Shown piece by piece: positions 16,916 to 20,000 of a DNA stretch of 20,000 nucleotides. The position numbers were made by a program, and so were the translations under genes. This stretch comes from Thermoprotei archaeon (lineage in GTDB: Archaea > Thermoproteota > Nitrososphaeria > Geothermarchaeales > JDFR-13): the NCBI GenBank assembly GCA_011043415.1, contig DQXH01000050.1, forward strand, positions 1 through 20,000, written 5' to 3'. The notes under the pieces are model-generated. The model searched no databases and was not told where the DNA came from. It saw only the letters and a list, made by a program, of their open reading frames with translations. Numbering within the stretch: position 1 is the first letter of the stretch; each line of letters begins with the position of its first letter.

Positions 16916-17947
16916 ATGAAATTTGAGGTAAATAACATGAAAAACCCCCTAGTAGACCTTCATGAGGATATTTCACTATATATTATTAGAGACTTTAATG
17001 GCAGATACGACTTTAACGAAGATCTAGACAATAGATATGGGGACATCCCGAAATATAAGGCGGCTAATATGAGACTAATATTTGCATCTATATTCCCGGG
17101 ACTACAGTCTCATATAATTTATAACAGAAATGTTTATGACTACTACAATTATATTTATAACTCCTTCACCTTAGGCACTTTAATTGTCTGGGAACATTTA
17201 AAAATTTACTATGGACTATCGAATCATTTTAACATAAAAATTATAGAGACTTTCAGAGAAATCAAGGAAATATTTGAAAATAAGAAATGGATGCTGGGAT
17301 TCATCTTACATATAGAAGGCGCGGATCCAATAATAGAAATTGATGATATTCATATGATTTACAGATTGGGTGTAAGAAGCATAGGACTTACATGGAATAA
17401 AAGTAATAGATATGGTGCTGCATGTACTGCAATAAAAGACTATGGCTTAACAGACGCAGGATATGAACTTATAAAGGTGGCAAATAAAATTGGTATGATA
17501 ATAGATCTGGCACATGCAAGTAAAAATACGACGATGGATGCTATTAAAGCATCTAGTAAACCAGTTATTATAAGTCATACAAATCTCAGATGGCACGTAG
17601 ATCATCCTAGAAATATCGATGAAGATATAATTAATATGCTGAAAATGAGAGATGGAGTATTCGGATACTCATTTATAGATACATTGATTAAGAAAGGAGA
17701 GAGACCTACAATTAATGATGTTATAGAACAATTGATTGAGATAGTCGATAAATTTGGTTCATGCGTGATTTCAATTGGAACAGACTACTTTGGATTTTTA
17801 AAATCAAAACCACCTATAGGACTAGAAAATGTAAAGACTATTACAAGATTACTGGCTGGTTTGGAGGAAAATGGATTGAGTAAGGATGAAATTAAAGATA
17901 TTGCATACAGAAATGTGCTTAGAGTACTAGAAAAAAATTTAAAGTAG
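16916..17947 (+). CDS. Membrane dipeptidase-like metallopeptidase, family M19
   Basis: ORF 343 aa. Metal ligands: VDLHEDIS (HxD), HIEGADPI (E), IDLAHASKNT (H), VIISHTNLRWHVDHPRN (H), ISIGTDYFG (D). Possible start at internal Met (16937). Confidence 0.9.
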   Translation: MKFEVNNMKNPLVDLHEDISLYIIRDFNGRYDFNEDLDNRYGDIPKYKAANMRLIFASIFPGLQSHIIYNRNVYDYYNYIYNSFTLGTLIVWEHLKIYYGLSNHFNIKIIETFREIKEIFENKKWMLGFILHIEGADPIIEIDDIHMIYRLGVRSIGLTWNKSNRYGAACTAIKDYGLTDAGYELIKVANKIGMIIDLAHASKNTTMDAIKASSKPVIISHTNLRWHVDHPRNIDEDIINMLKMRDGVFGYSFIDTLIKKGERPTINDVIEQLIEIVDKFGSCVISIGTDYFGFLKSKPPIGLENVKTITRLLAGLEENGLSKDEIKDIAYRNVLRVLEKNLK

Positions 17948-17959
17948 AAACCTAAAAAA

Positions 17960-18994
17960 TTATTCTTCCCAACCCCACTCCCCTGTCATCAAATACTCGT
18001 GTATATATAAAGCTGCCTTCTTACCACTACCTAAGGCAGGACCGATGAGAGAAGGCCCATGTTTAACATCACCCGCTGCAAAAACTCCCTTTCTAGTAGT
18101 TCTAAACTTTTTATCTGTTTTAATCGTATTATTCCTATTTAATTCTATACCATATTTTCCATTCTCAAATGGTGGAGTTGCAATTTCGCCGGCGGCAATT
18201 AATACTGTATCAATGTCTACTGTAAATTCAGACCCTTCGATTGGAATAGGTCTCGGTCGCCCACTGCTATCTGGTTCGCCTAGCCTCATTCTTATGGCTT
18301 TAACACTTTTTACATATCCTTTGTCATCACCGATGAACTCGATTGGTTGTGTTAGTTCATGCACCTCGAAACCTTCCTCCTCAAGTTTATTAAACTCTCT
18401 AGCACCAGCTGGCGCGACGTCTCTAGTACGCCTGTAAAAGAGAATTACTTTGTCAGCGCCTGCTTCTCTTGCAATATAACATGCATCTACAGCAGTTAAT
18501 CCTCCTCCTATAACTAGGGTTTTTCCGGACAACTCCGGAGCATGATCAATATAGCCATACTTATGCATATGGTAATCTATTATGAAATGAAAAGCATGAT
18601 ATACTCTTTTTAAATTCTCGCCGGGTATCCTCAATTCACGGCTTCTCCACGTACCTGTTGCAATTAATACAGCATCATATTCATTTATAATATCTTCTAA
18701 GTCTATGTCTTTACCTACTTTTGTATTTAAATGGAAAATCACCCCGATATCCATTAATTCCTTGATCCCCTTCTTTACACCTTCTTTAGAAATTCTAAAG
18801 TCTGGAATTCCAAATATTAGAAGGCCGCCAGGCTCAGGTAACTGATCATATATGTGCACCCCATGCCCCCTGCATACTAGCTCACCAGCTGCCCCTAGTC
18901 CAGCGGGGCCAGCACCTATAATCGCTACTTTTTTACCAGTTTTAGGTATTACATCTCCTGGTTTACATCCTCTTAGGAATCTCATTCCCACCAC
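17960..18994 (-). CDS. GltD/NfnB-like FAD/NAD(P)H-dependent oxidoreductase (glutamate synthase small-subunit family)
   Basis: ORF 344 aa. GAGPAGLGAAGELVCRGHGVHIYDQLPEPGGLLIFGIPDFRISK, GGGLTAVDACYIAREAGADKVILFYRRTRDVAPAGAREFNKLEEEG, and AAGDVKHGPSLIGPALGSGKKAALYI. Confidence 0.88.
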   Translation of the reverse strand: MVGMRFLRGCKPGDVIPKTGKKVAIIGAGPAGLGAAGELVCRGHGVHIYDQLPEPGGLLIFGIPDFRISKEGVKKGIKELMDIGVIFHLNTKVGKDIDLEDIINEYDAVLIATGTWRSRELRIPGENLKRVYHAFHFIIDYHMHKYGYIDHAPELSGKTLVIGGGLTAVDACYIAREAGADKVILFYRRTRDVAPAGAREFNKLEEEGFEVHELTQPIEFIGDDKGYVKSVKAIRMRLGEPDSSGRPRPIPIEGSEFTVDIDTVLIAAGEIATPPFENGKYGIELNRNNTIKTDKKFRTTRKGVFAAGDVKHGPSLIGPALGSGKKAALYIHEYLMTGEWGWEE

Positions 18995-19097
18995 CTAAGT
19001 CTCTATCCATAATTAAGAGAAATATTTATGATAAAATAGGATTTTAATGAGTATATATTACTTATTTATTTCCCCACCAAAAATATGAGAAGAGCCC

Positions 19098-19172
19098 TGG
19101 TGGACCCGCCGGGAATTGAACCCGGGACCTCCGCCTTGCAAGGGCGGCGTGCTACCACTGCACCACGGGCCC
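19098..19172 (-). tRNA. tRNA-Ala (UGC)
   Basis: Reverse complement GGGCCCG TG GTGCAGTGGTAGCAC G CCGCC-CTTGCAA-GGCGG AGGTC CCGGG-TTCAATT-CCCGG CGGGTCC A + encoded CCA. Anticodon TGC, G3:U70 present. Confidence 0.95.
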
Positions 19173-19233
19173 CTAAAACTATACGAAAAATACTTATTTT
19201 ATCTAATAAATTTCATAGGGTTATTCCATCAAA

Positions 19234-19467
19234 TTATGTTGGAGAGATCAGTACTACATTATCGCCTCTAAGTAGGATCGATCCTATTGGATCACTGTCT
19301 TCTTTATATACCCACTCTGCATCCTTCAATAGTAAATTAAGATGCTCATCGTACCCGACTAAAATCCCTCTAATTAATCGTCCTCCCTTTATCTTAACGA
19401 TCACAGGCTTATTTAAACTTCTTTTAAGTAGCCTTATAGTTAGATCGATAGGCATAACACACACCAA
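19234..19467 (-). CDS. Sm-like archaeal protein (SmAP/LSm)
   Basis: ORF 77 aa. Sm1 (KPVIVKIKGGRLIRGILVGYDEHLNLLLKDAE) and Sm2 (GSILLRGDNVVLISP). The likely start is the ATG at 19455 (MPIDLTIRLLKRSL). Confidence 0.93.
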   Translation of the reverse strand: MVCVMPIDLTIRLLKRSLNKPVIVKIKGGRLIRGILVGYDEHLNLLLKDAEWVYKEDSDPIGSILLRGDNVVLISPT

Positions 19468-19505
19468 ATACCTTCTGTATCAAATCAAATTATATTTACC
19501 AATAT

Positions 19506-20000
19506 TTAAAGGTCATTAAGCCACATATACTTAATCGATCTAAATCCCCTAATACGTATTGGCCTCTCTCTTCCATATCGTTTTAACGGTTTTGTTAGAT
19601 GTTTAATCGATCTTAATGGAGGGAGATAAATATCTGACGAGGTAATTCTCTTTGACAGAATTACCTCGTCAGAAGAAAGCAGTATATTATAGCCGCATTC
19701 TTTACAAATAAACCCTTTTTTATATCCCATCCTCTTCATAGGCTTTATACACTTAGGGCAGACAGGGTTTACTTTAATTAAATTTGAGTTTTTAATTGGA
19801 GAGAAATACTCGATATTTATAAGTAGTCCACCGTCTCTTTCTAATTTAATACATCCGCCTATGTATGCTTGAGTATAATTTATATGTTTGGTTAAATATT
19901 CCTTCAGCCGTCCAGACTCGTAATAGGCATATAGGGATGCATCATGATGATCTATCTTAATATTAATCTTAACATGCGAACCTGGAATTTTAGTCAATTC
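19506..20000 (-). CDS. tiaS: C-terminal part of a tRNA(Ile2) agmatinylcytidine synthetase-like protein (TiaS), truncated by the window edge
   Basis: Frame is open to the edge. Zinc ribbon NPVCPKCIKPMKRMGYKKGFICKECG followed by IYLPPLRSIKHLTKPLKRYGRERP, resembling the TiaS C-terminus. Confidence 0.68.
   Translation of the reverse strand, partial: ELTKIPGSHVKINIKIDHHDASLYAYYESGRLKEYLTKHINYTQAYIGGCIKLERDGGLLINIEYFSPIKNSNLIKVNPVCPKCIKPMKRMGYKKGFICKECGYNILLSSDEVILSKRITSSDIYLPPLRSIKHLTKPLKRYGRERPIRIRGFRSIKYMWLNDL

Noticed and set aside
19085-19519. 144-aa ORF (MRRALVDPPGIEPGTSALQGRRATTAP...)
   Set aside because: Classic spurious translation across a tRNA, then antisense to the well-supported Sm-like gene.
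1-20000. CRISPR arrays, transposons, prophage, toxin-antitoxin or defence systems
   Set aside because: No regularly spaced repeats, terminal inverted repeats, transposase/integrase or cas-like proteins seen; nearly all space is occupied by housekeeping genes.

Overview
This 20 kb window comes from a low-G+C archaeal genome, probably thermophilic and Thermoproteota-like (inferred from gene content). It is dense with housekeeping and information-processing genes. Supported content: three tRNAs (Val-GAC, Ala-GGC, Ala-UGC); an unlinked 5S rRNA; a TtuA/NcsA-type tRNA thiolase; a minus-strand cluster pheS - pheT - structured RNA - small Toprim protein - dnaG - divergent Pelota/eRF1-family protein; trpS; archaeal coaD; map; DUF1512 and DUF2070 membrane proteins; RPA-like and Alba proteins; Sec61-beta (not in the ORF track); a hemerythrin-like protein; an M19 dipeptidase; a GltD-like oxidoreductase; an Sm-like protein; and the 3' part of a tiaS-like gene running off the window. 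I found no CRISPR array, transposon, prophage or obvious defence island. The best candidates for a second look are: (1) a two-hairpin H/ACA guide sRNA with a k-loop and a k-turn, between pheT and the Toprim gene; (2) a full-length but very divergent Pelota-like protein downstream of dnaG; (3) a Toprim gene whose catalytic beta-strand lies upstream of any canonical in-frame start, suggesting a frameshift, an unusual start or a sequence error; and (4) an unannotated 37-aa membrane microprotein ORF.
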